Shown here: piece after piece, positions 41,001 through 54,700 of the stretch
How the letters are laid out: the number at the start of each line of letters is the position of its first letter
Numbering within the stretch: the stretch's first letter is position 1
Assembly: GCA_964247055.1 (NCBI GenBank)
Contig: OZ176051.1
Location: 5,518,001-5,582,000, forward strand
Source of the DNA: Paragordius varius
Lineage: Eukaryota > Animalia > Nematomorpha
Length of the DNA stretch: 64,000 nucleotides
Reading direction: 5' to 3'
Position numbers and translations under genes: made by a program
Notes under the pieces: generated by a model
Told to the model about the DNA's origin: nothing
The model's input: the letters and a program-made list of their open reading frames with translations, nothing else
The model's database searches: none

Positions 41001-41479
41001 AAAAGCGTGTAAGGTATCGATTTGTAGTATCAATTTGTCTTTTAAGCTACCGATTTGTAGTATTAATTTAAATTTTTTATAATGTTGGCAATTATTAAAA
41101 CTAAATATTAGTATAATAAATGTTATATTACCTTAATTTTCTGGAAAAAGCGTGTAAGGTATCGATTTATGGTATCAATTTGTCTTTTGATCTAGTATAA
41201 CTTGGCTTTTTGATATTAATGACAGTAGTAGCAGGAAGGAAAGTGTATAATCATATGATATAAATTGGAAAAAAATAAATATTTTTAATTTAAATATAAA
41301 AAATTTTAATTTAAAATAAAAAAATTTTATTTGTATTAAAAAAAAATTATTTGTATTAAAAAAAATTTTTTTTTATATAATCATGAAAAAGCGGGACATC
41401 TTATAAACGTAGCGGGAGGCGGGACAAAGTGTGAAAAAGCGGGACTGTCCCGCCAAAAGCGGGACGTCTGGTCACCTTA
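38054..41479 (-). mobile_element. hAT DNA transposon, 3426 bp, with both ends intact
   Basis: 13-bp TIR taaggtgaccaga, perfect 8-bp TSD tgtatggc at 38046-53 and 41480-87, and subterminal gcgggac repeats. Contains transposase remnants. Confidence 0.95.
39117..40947 (-). pseudogene. hAT transposase disrupted by frameshifts and stops
   Basis: Fragments: zinc-finger-like CLICDGEF..H..H, RSMDC..CARTK, DASNH, YSKTRWL, and the dimerisation-domain motif LPGTNAATERVFS, spread over four short ORFs. Confidence 0.9.
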
Positions 41480-41699
41480 TGTATGGCATATGATTTCGAA
41501 ACCTTTTTTCGCAAAAAAATAAGAGTTTTTTACGTGTTCTGCACTCATTTGGTAGGATGTATGATATTTCTTAATTTTTTTCCTCACTTTAATTTTTATT
41601 AGTTTTTTTTTTGCGTAAATAAAGTTGATTTATTTTTGAAGCATGATGGAAACGGCATAACGCTTTAAGATATAATAAAACCCTTTTTTAAATATTTCG

Positions 41700-42330
41700 A
41701 TGATGTTGAACATTACTATAAGTTGAATTTAAATTAAAAGGTTTGTTTGCTTGGAAAATTTGGAGAATTTTTGTAATAAAACACTTTTTATTTAAAATAA
41801 ATTTGAAAACGAACAAATTTTTAAACAAAATTCTGAGTTAGAAAATATTTAGCATCATCGAACTATATATATAAATGGTATAGCATCTCAACCGTTTATA
41901 TCATTTCCATCATGAAAATAGTATGAAGTACGGTTCAACAAAATTTTAAAAATTAAATTTTAAAAAAATGGATTTTTATAAAAATATATTTAGTCGATAT
42001 CAATGTTTAGCATAAAAATTATTGCACAATGTCGAAATTTTAGAGTTTTAAAAAACAGTCCATTTTAAAAGAGCCAAAAAATTGGGGATTTAAAAATTTT
42101 TAAAATATTGTTTTGCTTTTTATATTGAGTTTATGTTATATTTTAGTGATATCTTTTGAAATATCACCAAAAAATATATTAAACACCTTCAATTGTATAC
42201 GGAGCACTTACCACAAAAGTGTAAAAAACTTTCTTCAAACTCGTGAAGGTTAAAACCAAAAGCACCATGATAGCCCTGATATTTTCCTATCAAAGCAAAT
42301 ATATTTCATCAGGATCTTTTTTAACTGTGT
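41700..42330. mobile_element. Partial copy of the foldback family at 22440-23600
   Basis: Shared tttagcatcatc, ccacaaaagtgtaa, aaaccaaaagcaccatg and attttcctatc blocks. A further copy lies at ~45050-45340. Confidence 0.55.
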
Positions 42331-42411
42331 AATATACCACACCGATGGCGTAAAAACAGGCAAAGTATGTTTTAACTTTGTACTGCGTCAAAGTTTAAAA
42401 TATCTGGTCAC

Positions 42412-42456
<45 letters not shown>

Positions 42457-42759
42457 TATATAAATAATATGGGTTTTATTCGGTTTTAATGCATAGTAGG
42501 CAAGGCCATACCCAAAATGGTTCTATATTTTAAATCACTTTTAGCGTTGTTTTACCAAAAATTTTATTGCAGTAAATATCTAAAAAAAATTGCACAACAA
42601 ATTGCTTTAATTTAAAGGGTAACAGAGTTTCTCCATGCTTTCTTAAAGCTAAATTTTTGAGAGCACATTTAAAATATTTTTTAAATTTTTTCGATCATCC
42701 TGCACTTAGATGATATTTGAATAAGAGTAATCGTTATAAATTTCATTTTTATAAATATT

Positions 42760-44053
42760 ACTAGCGTGAATCTCGTGCTGCTACGCAGCCCGAGGAAGTC
42801 CTTCGGACTTCTGAGGGGGGGTTCGAAGTTTGGATTTGAATGGGTCTACCGTTTTTCCTGTAGACCACAAAGCCAGAATTTTCCATTTTTAAATATATAG
42901 ATTACCATAAATAATGTTTTAATATCCATATATCTTTTAACATGCTATACATATGATAGATACTCCTTACTCAGCAGCTATCATCAAAGAAACGCCTGAC
43001 TAAAATTTTTGCCTTTACAGGCAATACGAAGAATCTTTCTCGAATTTTTACAGTCTCATACCGTGGGCAAAAAAATACAATCAAAACAATATTTTTGTGG
43101 ACTTTGTTTTTTTGAAAAAAATGGCATTTTACGGGGGGAGCGGGTAAAAAGAGGGCCTAAATCAAAAAAGTGGCTCGGCTATGTTCTGCGCAATCGAAAA
43201 TAAGTAAACAAAAATCATATTTGAAATTGAATGGTCCAACACGTTTTCCGGGAAATTTCAAAGACACGATTTTTATGGACTTCTGTTTTCAAAAAAAACC
43301 CGTTTTTCATACGGGGTGGGCCCGAACTGGGGGCCTATTTCAAAAAAAGGGCGAAGCTATTGTCGGGGCATTCATTAATGATTATATTTTTTCGAAGTTT
43401 AAATTTGAATGGGTCTACCGGTTTTCCTGTACCAGATCACAAAGCCAGCATTTTCCATTTTTATAAATATATAGATTACCATAAATAATGTATTAATATC
43501 CATATATCTTTTAACATGCTATACATATGATAGATATTCCTTACTCAGCATCTATCATCAAAGAAACGCTTGACTAAAATTTTTGCCTTTTAACAGGCAA
43601 TACGAAAAATCTTTCTCGAATTTTTACAGTCTCATACCGTGGGCAAAAAAATACAATCAAAACAATATTTTTGTGGACTTTGTTTTTTTGAAAAAAATGG
43701 CATTTTACGGGGGGAGCGGGTAAAAAGAGGGCCTAAATCAAAAAAGTGGCTCGGCTATGTTCAGCGCAATCGAAAATAAGTAAACAAAAATCATATTTGA
43801 AATTGAATGGTCCAACACGTTCTCCGGAAAATTGTCTCAAAGACACGATTTATGTGGACTTCTGTTTTCAAAAAAAAACCGTTTTTCATACGGGGTGGGC
43901 CCGAACTGGGGGCCTATTTCAAAAAAAGGGCGAAGCTATTGTCGGGGTTCATTAATGATTATATTTTTTCGAAGTTTAAATTTGAATGGGTCTACCGGTT
44001 TTCCTGTACCAGATCACAAAGCCAGCATTTTCCATTTTTATAAATATATAGAT
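42760..44053 (+). mobile_element. Non-autonomous Helitron-like (DINE/Lep1-type) element with a ~570-bp head-to-tail tandem duplication
   Basis: Starts actagc with two perfect hairpins (42777-89, 42795-811). The tail gaatgggtctacc...aaatatatagatt occurs at 42838, 43407 and 43984. No TIR or TSD. The Helitron assignment is an inference. Confidence 0.7.
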
Positions 44054-45697
44054 TTTTAAAAAGTCTTTAAATATTAATTTATATTATATTAATTTGATCA
44101 AATTTCATAATAATTAAATATTAATCAAAATTTTTAAGTCTATGATTTTTCAAAAAATCATGATGCGGATAATCGGCCATATTTTCCCACCATCAGCTTC
44201 ATCAACAGTTGGATACAACACATTCATTTCAGTCCTCCGATTCAAATTGGGTGTGAGGACCCCAGGCCTGTTTAAAATCAAATATCTTTAAAAATATAGA
44301 ACAAACTAAAACGATTGCAAAAGTTTGCAGTTATGTAACATTGATGCACCGAAATATAAAAAGGATTCATTTAAAAAACTTGATATTACTTATTTTATTA
44401 AACCATAAATGTGAAAATTTAGACAGCATGACATGTGTGTATTGACTAAATATAGCAATAATACAAAATAAATCCATTTTTCTGTTTATATCAATGTTAG
44501 TATGCTTTAATGAAAAAAAAGCTTTCATTTTAGCGTTAGACAAATAAACACGATATTTTGCAAAAATATTGCAAATAAAAATGGCATCTAAAAGTTTTAT
44601 ATACAACTTTTTTTCAAAACGAAATTTTATATAGATATTTTAACTTATTTATATATTTTTTATTAGGATCGAAGAATAAATTTAAATCGGAACCGTTTTT
44701 TTCATCAGTTTGTTAAATATATCAATTTAAATATATGGGGACTTTAAATACCCCAATTTAAATCGAGTTTAAGTGGGTGGTTAAATTATCAAAAATATCA
44801 CATAAGAGCGATTTGGCGATTTTTGATTTTGGCAAATATGGATAGATTGTACTATGAACTCAAATAACAAGACCCGTCGAATCTGAGATCTATAGTCTAA
44901 ATATACTTTAAAGCTCATCCACATATTTAACTAATATTTCTTTCTATGAGTTTATTGGTTAAATAAATTTAAATTTTCCAAATCCAATTGATGATTGCAT
45001 AATACCATTATGTCCCTAAGAATGATGCGAATTATAGCTCATTTTATAAAAGCAAAAAAAATGGGACTTTTGGAACCCACATCTAAAAATTAAAATTTTT
45101 AGAAAATAAATTTTTTTGCTTTTTTGTATAGTTTATAATATATTTTAGTGATATTTTTTGGAATGAAGACGATAGCTTTCATCAAAATCCTTTAAAAATA
45201 AGTGCTCAATTTTGCCATTTTCTTAATGGAGCGCTTACCACAAAAGTGTAAGTAACTTTCTCAAATCCTTCTTAGGGCCAAAACCAAAAGCATGATAATC
45301 CTGATAGATTTTTTTTATCAGAAATATATTTCATTAGCTTGTTTTATTTGTGGACACTGTGTAATATTTCTAAATAACTTGCAAGGCACCAAAAGAAATT
45401 CTCGATACATCTATCAAACAAAATAGATTACAAGATATATTTTGTAAGCAGCGATTTTGTGCATTGTATTAGACATACGTGTCAATGCCAAATTACGGAA
45501 CTATAAATGTAAAATAAACCATTTCATTTCAAAAAATGGACAAAATTGAAAAAGACAATGCAAGGAATTAACCCCTTTGTATGCGGTCTTTGAATAAAAC
45601 GCTCAAAGCGATCATAATTGTGATTAATAATAAAAAACACAAACAATTTGGATATTCATTCAGGATTGATAAATTATGAACATAAAACAATTATTTA

Positions 45698-45728
<31 letters not shown>

Positions 45729-45750
45729 AATACATTTAAATAACGATTAA

Positions 45751-48700
45751 TTATGGGCATATAGCTAGTTCCTTGTAGAGTTTCAGTATCCCCACTTCTT
45801 CAAGCCTAAGAATATGGGTCTGTTGCATGTTAGGTTTTGTTTCGCATCTAATTTCCTCAATGAAGGAAGCAACAAATTGCAGTGTTGAGACATGGTCATT
45901 GGATGTGATGAAATCAACATAAACAAATCCCAAACCCATTCTCACTTTGACCTAATTGATATATTATCAAATATATTTTTTCATTTTTACCGTTATTTAT
46001 AGAGCGGAGTGAAAGGCAGCCATGTTCAGAATTTTAACGACCAAAGTCAATAGCTGCAGAGATTGTATAAATTTACCTAGATTTATATTATTTTTTAAAG
46101 TAAGTCAAAAAAAATTAAATAAAAAATTATTTTTAGACCCGATTTATTGGGATTGAGTAGTAAAATGCCACAAACCGTAAACTAATAAGGTTGACCGATT
46201 AATTGCATAGGTTACATGGCTGTAACCGCTGTCATAAAAAACAAATCAACATTAAACAGAATAAATATTGAAATTATACGGACAAGACGTAAAAAAATAA
46301 AGACAAATATTTTTTAGAAAAGACATACTTCTAAATCTTTATTTTTTATATAACACACTGTTTTGATCTGCTAAGTATAAAATATAAAATTGGTAAGTAA
46401 ATCAATCAAGTATGTATTTTATTGCATTTAAATGATTTTTAGAAGATATAAGGTTAAAAAAAGTATTTGTCTATTAAAAAAAACTTTGTATTTATATTTT
46501 TACGTTTTCCGCATAATTTTAATATTTACTGTATGTATTGTACCCTATATTAAAAAAATATTGATAAATGTAAAAATATGAGTGTGGGATCATAAAGTTT
46601 AAAATTCTTAGTTATTAATATATTATTTCATCAATTATAATCAGAATAGGTTTTCGTTTATTTAATAACAATTCATATTGATTGTCTGATTATGGTAAAT
46701 GACTGTAATCAAATTATCAAATCAATCAAAAGTAGCCCTTTTAACTACTATAAATATAATTTTTTTTTATTAATTTAATCTAGAACCTTTTGTTGTTGTA
46801 TTGAAAATAATTGCGTGATGTTTCCAGTTCTATGACTCGTTATTTGTATCGAACAATTTATATTAAATAATTGGTTAGCTTCTAATACAATCTAAATTCA
46901 AATAAAAAAGTACATGCATGCCTTAAATGGTACTATAACCCATTTTTTATACAAGATAATTACAGTATGAGTAAGCATACATTGCTGGTTTTTCCCAGAT
47001 AGATAAAGCAAAGAAAAATACATTTGGCGGATAGTTTTTTTTCGGTCATCTTCTATTAGCCAATAATGTCTATGCTGCATATGCTATATGGCTAAAATTA
47101 AATAAAAAATCAGCAAGGTATACCTTATAGGTGTAGATTTATCCCATTGGGAAGGGATTTTGACTTTTTATGCCTGAAAATGCGATGGAAAAAATGTTTT
47201 TAGAAACCTGAAAACTTTTTGCGATAAAAATCGTACCTTTTTTAAATATGAGAAGAACACACCATAGTCATCAAATACATTTTTTTATACTTTAGGAATA
47301 TACATATTCTCCATTTGTAAAGAATGCAATCTAAAGAGGCAAATTACCCTGATGAAGTTCAACGGCAACTCGGAATTAATCCTATTATAATAAAAGTTGA
47401 GTATCCCGCATACAACTAGTATCTCTTATCAACAACTCAATTAGAAACAACCTCTGATTTAAAAACCAAACAATAAGTCCTTTCCAAAGCGCAGGTTCAG
47501 TACGGTATTTTTTCATTTCCTTTTTATCAAATCAAATTTAATAACACTAACTTACAGTAAAAAAATTGTATATATAAATTTACAATCATAAAAATTTCAA
47601 TAGAAAAAGTTTTAAAGGTTTTTTTCCAATACTTATATGGCTCACGCTACTCTGACAATTGGTTCATCAATTGTACAAAGGGGTGCATCCCCTGCTATTG
47701 TCACTGTCAAAAATCAGCAATGTATATTTACTTTTACTTTAGTAAGTATTTTAACTTACGGGTTGGATTACAAGATCCTGGAAGTATCGTAATTCCCGCA
47801 GATTTTCTGCTATATTTGTAAGCACAAAGGTGCGAAACACTAATTGATTCAATGCTCGTTGAATTCGAAGTTGAGATTCATACCGTATGGCTATTACATT
47901 TTTATCTGGCCAATACACATTGTACAATGGTAATGATCTATGAATAATGTGCACCAATTATACCGAAACGCTAAAAATGGATTTTAAGTGTTTTTTTATA
48001 CCCAATCGACCCAAAAATATGTTATAATAAATAAGATATTTTGAATAAGTCACTTTAATCCAGTCAAAAATTCAATAACATTGTTTAAGAAAAACAACCG
48101 TGATTATCTCCCCGCCATCGGACCCTCTTCCGGATTTTAATTTAAAACAAATTTATATATAATATTGGCTTATATGTAGTAATTTTAAGTTGACTATTTA
48201 TTTTATTTGGATACAATAGTTTATCTATTGGTAATGATATATATGTTATCTAGTCCAGTTTCTTTGCATATATTATTGTTTTTTCAAAAATTAAAAATTG
48301 ACATGAAAAAGGTCAAATATTTTAATACCATATATACTTGTAAAATTTGTTAGTTTGATTTGCAGACACCATATTGTAAATACCATCCTCGTCAACAATG
48401 TCACACAAATTTTCTTGGCGAATAAAGGTATCTAAATAAAAGGTTAATATATTGTAAAAAAATAATTTTATATCATATTACATGACATACCCTTTCCGTC
48501 TAAACTTCTGTAATCGGGTAAGTTTTGTGCACCTAAACATAATATATATAATACAATTGATCAAATATAAGGTCATTTTACTTAGACATTGTTTCTATTG
48601 TTCTAAACAAAATTAATTTGTTTAACTTTTTTTAAAGAAATAATAGATTTTAGTTGCTTATAATTTATGCAAGAGTTAATCACTAAAAATTCTTATAACT

Positions 48701-51700
48701 TACCATTTATATTATCAAATTTAACCGGTATTAGAAAATATTAATTTTTAAATCGATTTTTGATTGCAATTTGATTTATTAAAGAGAAACGAAAAAAACT
48801 TAGCCATATATAATAAATGGATAGAGTTGGTGTTGAATCTGCCCGGTTAGGAATGTCGTGACAACGACCGCGTATTATAATAAATATGTGTTTAGCATAT
48901 GATATGAAATTAGGATAAAATTATTTTTAGTAAATAAAAAATATATTTTATAAAATCAATATTATTGCAACAAATATAATAACCCTTTCATTACATTTTC
49001 ATTTTTTTACGCGATGACATTTGGGGTAGTTTTTTCCCCAAAGCTTAAAGCAATAAAGAATTCTTTTTGAAAGTTGTTTTGGTCAAAATTTTCTTATCAA
49101 ATTGTCTTATTTTGGATTAAATAAAAAAACTTAACTTACAGTTCTAACTTCCAGAATTTAATTTTTAAATAGCTCTAAACGATCGAAACAAACAGCTGAT
49201 ATTAAAATCGATAATTACCAAGTATTTGTAACTTCGAAGCTTTTAAAAATTAATTATTAACATTTTCTAACCATAATATACTTTTATTTGCCTGTTCCAT
49301 TGACTGTGAAAAATTTAAAGAAAATATGCGGAAAAATTAAGATGAGGATTTTTTAATTTTAAAATTAAAGAAATCCTCAACAACTTATCGCCGCCATTTT
49401 TTATCGATAAAATAGGCAAATAAACTTTTTTTATAGTTTAAATAAAGATAATTAACATTGGGCTAACTTTACCAGCAAACTTTTGATATTTATTGATTTA
49501 AATATAATTTGTTCTTTCAATAGTTTTGAATCCATTTAAATTTAGGATAGAAGCTAAAAACTGTAAAATTTTATTTTGTAATACAGGAGAGTGATTGGTT
49601 ATTAAATTTTAACCAAAACAACTTTAAAAACAGTATACTACTTTAAGCTATGGGTAAAACTATGTTAGATAAAAAACGTATTTTTACAGTTTTTTAATTT
49701 TCACAATCACTGCTGCTATTGAAATCTATAATATTTAAAATTTGTTGGTAGGAAGTTATTCAAATCAAAGTTTTTCATTTCATTGTAAACCATAATTTAC
49801 ATTTATTTGCTTGTTTAATTTAAAAACCAAAAATAAAAAAGGAGGCGAAAAAATTTAAGATAAAGTTCTTAATTATTTTTTTTTAAAAAAGAACAATTGT
49901 ATCATAGCCTAAAGACTAAAGAGAGTATATTAAATTGGCTTAATACTTACGTTTTCTGAATTGACTCGGGGGTATAAAACTTCCCTAAAATGTCATGAAG
50001 TGTTATTTATTTGTTTTTTTACTGGTAAACACCTAACTTTATGTGAATAATAATTTATAATTTTAATGTTATTTAAGCATAAATTTTGTAAGATAATTGA
50101 TTTAGTAAAATAATTACAAAAGCCTATTATAAAATCCAAATAATAATTCGAAATATTTAATTTTTTTAAGTTATATATACAACTAAACAATGAGAAACAT
50201 AAATATTTTGCACTATGTTTTTGATTAATAATTGTTTTATATATAACTTATTATTGGATCGTGACATGGTATTTCAATGTTCATGGGTGGATCTTGTTCG
50301 GCTGGGCGATCACTTAGTTTTAGCATCATACCAATTAACATGATGCGTTTTGGATTAAACATGACATGGCCAGCATCGACTGTAAAATTTTCATGGAGCT
50401 CGTAAACCCGGGCGCCTCTATGCGTTTGTTTAATTCTTACCTAATAAATGATTGAAACTTACATAGGGTTTTTTAGTTATTTTAATATGTAAAAGGTGAT
50501 ATACATTTTGAACCAATATATTTTTCGTCAAAGTTGTATTAGAAAAAGGTTAATTACACTAGAAACTTTTTCGAGCACCACCACTAAAATTTTAGATTTG
50601 GAATGATTTCAGTGTTCTAAAATCGAATCTGAAATGCTCCCCAAGATATAACACGTTTTTTCAAAAATCAGAAAATCAGATATAACTTTATAATAAAAAG
50701 TTATTATATTATAAAATTTTAGTACGGGTATAAACATTAAAATTTAAGGATCCTTAAAAGCTATTTTTAAACATTTATATATGAATAATTAAAAAAATAC
50801 TAAAAGAGGCATTTGTTTTGGTTAACTTGTTTTTCTATTCGGTTAATTCTTTTAAAAGGCAATGTTAATTATACCTAGTGGATATTATCTATTTTCAAAT
50901 ATTATCGGATGCGGTATATTTTGAATTTCAGATGTAGGAGCTTAAGGAAACGGTAAATTTTAACCAGACGTCAAAAAGAATATGAAGATGATTTAAATAT
51001 AATAAAGGATTTATTTGTCTCATGAAAAAATAACAGTTTTGGAGACTAAATATTTTAATATTCATAGTAGCGTTCTCAAGTGATTATAAGACTTTTAATT
51101 TAACACGACAATTTTTTCATCTGTAGAGTGTTACCATACCAAAACATATCACAGTAATACATCTAACAGAAGATAGTCTAAAACTCTTATTTTTTATGTT
51201 GCAAGAAAAGCAGTTTTCTATATTACAACATTTATTTAAATATATATCGTTATAACATTTAAAATATGAATTTTATTTATTATATACAATAGCATTATAA
51301 TTCTATGTTTCAAAAATATAATGAAATTCCTGTCTGTGAAATCCCAATTTTATCGAATTATTCGTTCATTATTTGAACATATGTCCACTAATAATGATTT
51401 TTTTAATTAAATACAAAATAAACAATTAAATTTTGAAAAAGTTCTATTGATGCCTTTTTTGTTTTGACCTTTCCATGGTATCAGTTAACAGAAAATACAA
51501 AAAAATGGGGTGGAGCAAAACCTTGTTGACTGATGTTATTAAACATTAAACATAGTTATTATTAAGTAAAGCCTTGATGCATTTATAAATTCTAAAAATT
51601 TGGACGACTATGATTTTAAAATCAATAGCCGTTAATCTGTGATCAATAGTATTTCAAAAAATATTTTTAAATTTTAATCATATATTATTATATATTCATT

Positions 51701-54700
51701 TGTCAGTTTTTTAGTTATTAACAAAACAAATTTGGCGAAAAAGTTGGAGATGAATATTATATTACATTTTATAATTTTTTAAAATATTTTTTTTTGAATA
51801 ATACATCTTAAAGGCCATAGAATGTATATTTATGGTAATTCAATAATTAAAACCTAATAATCTACAAGATCATGATATTAAAGTGTTAAAAGAGTTAGGA
51901 AATTTCTATTTTTCCAATTTATGATCGATGCATTTTTTAGCGTTAAATATTCTTATGCGAATACTAACTATTTATGTCGAAATAAGTCATCTTTAGAATT
52001 AGTTACCATTGTTAAATCTAATAAAAATGAAATATCCCTGTCTTTATTACAATATAGTTATCAATCATAAACTTTATTGATTATTTGTGCGGCAAAAATG
52101 GGGATAATAAAAGTTTGATGAATTATATATCATTCGAAAGCCAAATGTGTCAGGATAATGAATATTACAATGATATATGCGGTTAAAATACTAGAAAAAA
52201 GTTATTTAAATTTTTATGTTACTAGACAAAATCAAAAAATCGTATTTTTACCCCACATTGGATTAAATAAAATTAATAACAATAGATGAAAACGTGTCAA
52301 TTAAATTTTATTTGTGTTAATGTATAATTCTAAACGCAAAATATTATCAACAAAGATTTTAAATTTTTCCGTAGGGGGGGGGGGGGTGTCAGAAATATTA
52401 TCAAGAATGTTGACTAAATGGCATTTGTCGTCAAATTTGAACATGAATTATTTGTATGTGGTTAGAGATTTTAATTTTATAAAAAATAATAAATTAACTC
52501 TATATGTAGAGATTACCCTATATATCGCCTCCAAAAAATTTTTAGCTTTATATAAAAAGAAATCTTTTCGATGATTTGCACCAAAGCGGAAGCTGAGTAT
52601 ATTTTTACAAAACATCCAATACATATATAATAAATATCTTTTACATACATTTCGATGCAAAAAAATTAATCTATCATTTTTCGATTTAGGAAATTTTTTA
52701 CCCGAAAATTTGATTATATATTTTTGGAAAAATTTTGGCTTTTAATACCGGCTTCAGGACATGAAAATTTAAATAAAAAATCTGAGATCTTAGACCCTTT
52801 TTTCTTCACCAAATGTATGGAAAAGATATTTATTATATATGCATTGAATGTTTTGTAAAAATATACCTTTGGTGAAAATTATTGAAACAATTTCTTTTTT
52901 ATATAAGCCTTTAAAATTTTTTGATGGCGATACATTGGATAATCTATATATCAGGGCTTGGAACCGCATGGAACCGGAACCCGGTTCCTGGGATTTTAAC
53001 AAGAATCAGTTCCATTGGGATGGAACTAACGCGGTTCCGGTTCCACTTCTCCGGGAATCACCCCGGTACCGATTCCAAAATTTCAGAAATCACCCCGGTT
53101 CTATCTATAAATTTTTAGGAATCAACCCGGTTCCGGTTCCAAACGTTCAGGAACCAACCCAGTTCCGGTTAAACCCCCTTGATTTCTGGTTCCCATATGA
53201 TTTTTATCATAAAAATTTTATTTTATTATTTAAATTTGATTGCACTACCTATTACTACTTCAAACTTTAAACCTAAAATTAAGCGCTTATATTATATTAG
53301 CGATACTTTGTGAATTTTAGGCGATTCTGTTCTAAAAAACTAATAGTCATAAGTCAAGTTTATTTATAATACATATGTTCGTATAGATAGGTCTTTGTTG
53401 AAAGGAGTTTTTTCACCCGTAATTTTATATTTTCAGATTGTGAAGCTGTTTGACCAGCGAATTGCTTGGTGCAATTTTCTAAAGTTATATAAAGATTTTT
53501 TAGATGCCATACTTAATTTACTCTCATTTTATATTTTTCTTATACATTTTCCTATTAAATTTTTATAATTTGTTTCATTTATTATGCTAGACTATATTTC
53601 TTTCACTATACATTTGGCAATTTATAATAAATTGTTTGATTTAGAGTTGTTAATATTTTGGTTTATTATAATAATAATTTTGTAAATCATTTAATCAAAA
53701 GTCAGGAACCAAAAATGGAACCGGTTCTACATGTAAAGAACCGGTTCCGGAACCGCTAAACTTTTAAAAAACCAACGCGGTTCCGATTCCATTTGTTCAG
53801 GAACCACCCCGGTTCCGGTTCCAAAATATCAAGAACCGCGCGGTTCTACTTTTAAATTCTTAAGAACCAAGGCGGTTCTGGTTCCACTTGTTCAGGAACC
53901 GACCCGGTTCCGGTTCCTTTTTTGTACCGGTTCCAAGCCCTGCTATATATATTAATATATGATTGCTTTAATTAAAAATAATCTTTCAGTGCATATTAAT
54001 TAGTTTCTTGTTCAAATTTGACGACAAGATGCCATCATTTAGCTAATATTCTTGATAATCTTTCTGGGACCTCCTGAAAAATTTAAAATCTTTGTTGATA
54101 ACATGTTGCGTTTAGAATTATCCTTATTTAATTTTGGCTAATACTAGAATATTTAAATAACTTTATCTCTACCATTTTAACCGCATATATCATTTAAATA
54201 TTTAGTATGCTGAAGCTTATAGCCATCGAATAAAATACCATTTGCACTTCAAGAGTGTCTTTGAACACTTCGAGTCTATCCTTGAACATTTCAAGTTGGT
54301 CCCTAAAAAATTCAAGTGGGTGTTTGAACATTTCAAGTTGGTACTTGAACATTTTAAATTGGTTCCAAAATTGATTAGTTTAAATTAAACCATTTTCGCA
54401 ATTATTTTATCATTTTATTATTTTTTACTTAATTTATTATATATTTATTCACTTTATAATAAAATTTTTTATTCAAAAACCACTTTTTTGTTTCAAACTA
54501 ATTTTTTCCAATTTAACAAAATTATTAACTTTTAAATGTTTTTAATAAAAAATTAAATTATTATTAACCCAGAAAACTTATATTGTTTAATTTATTTAAA
54601 TCTTAAAATCTATATACTGAATAAAGATATACGGTTTCTAAATGATTAAAAATTGATAATTCAAAGTTTATGTTAAATAAAGAAAATAGGTCAAAAATAA

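Noticed and set aside
43009-44059. Several overlapping 64-98 aa ORFs, repeated at 63295-63783
   Set aside because: They lie within a tandem/dispersed repeat, change frame between copies and have no coding signature.
52848-53270. 140-aa Pro/Asn-rich ORF
   Set aside because: Reads through the gaaccgg subterminal repeats of the hAT MITE.
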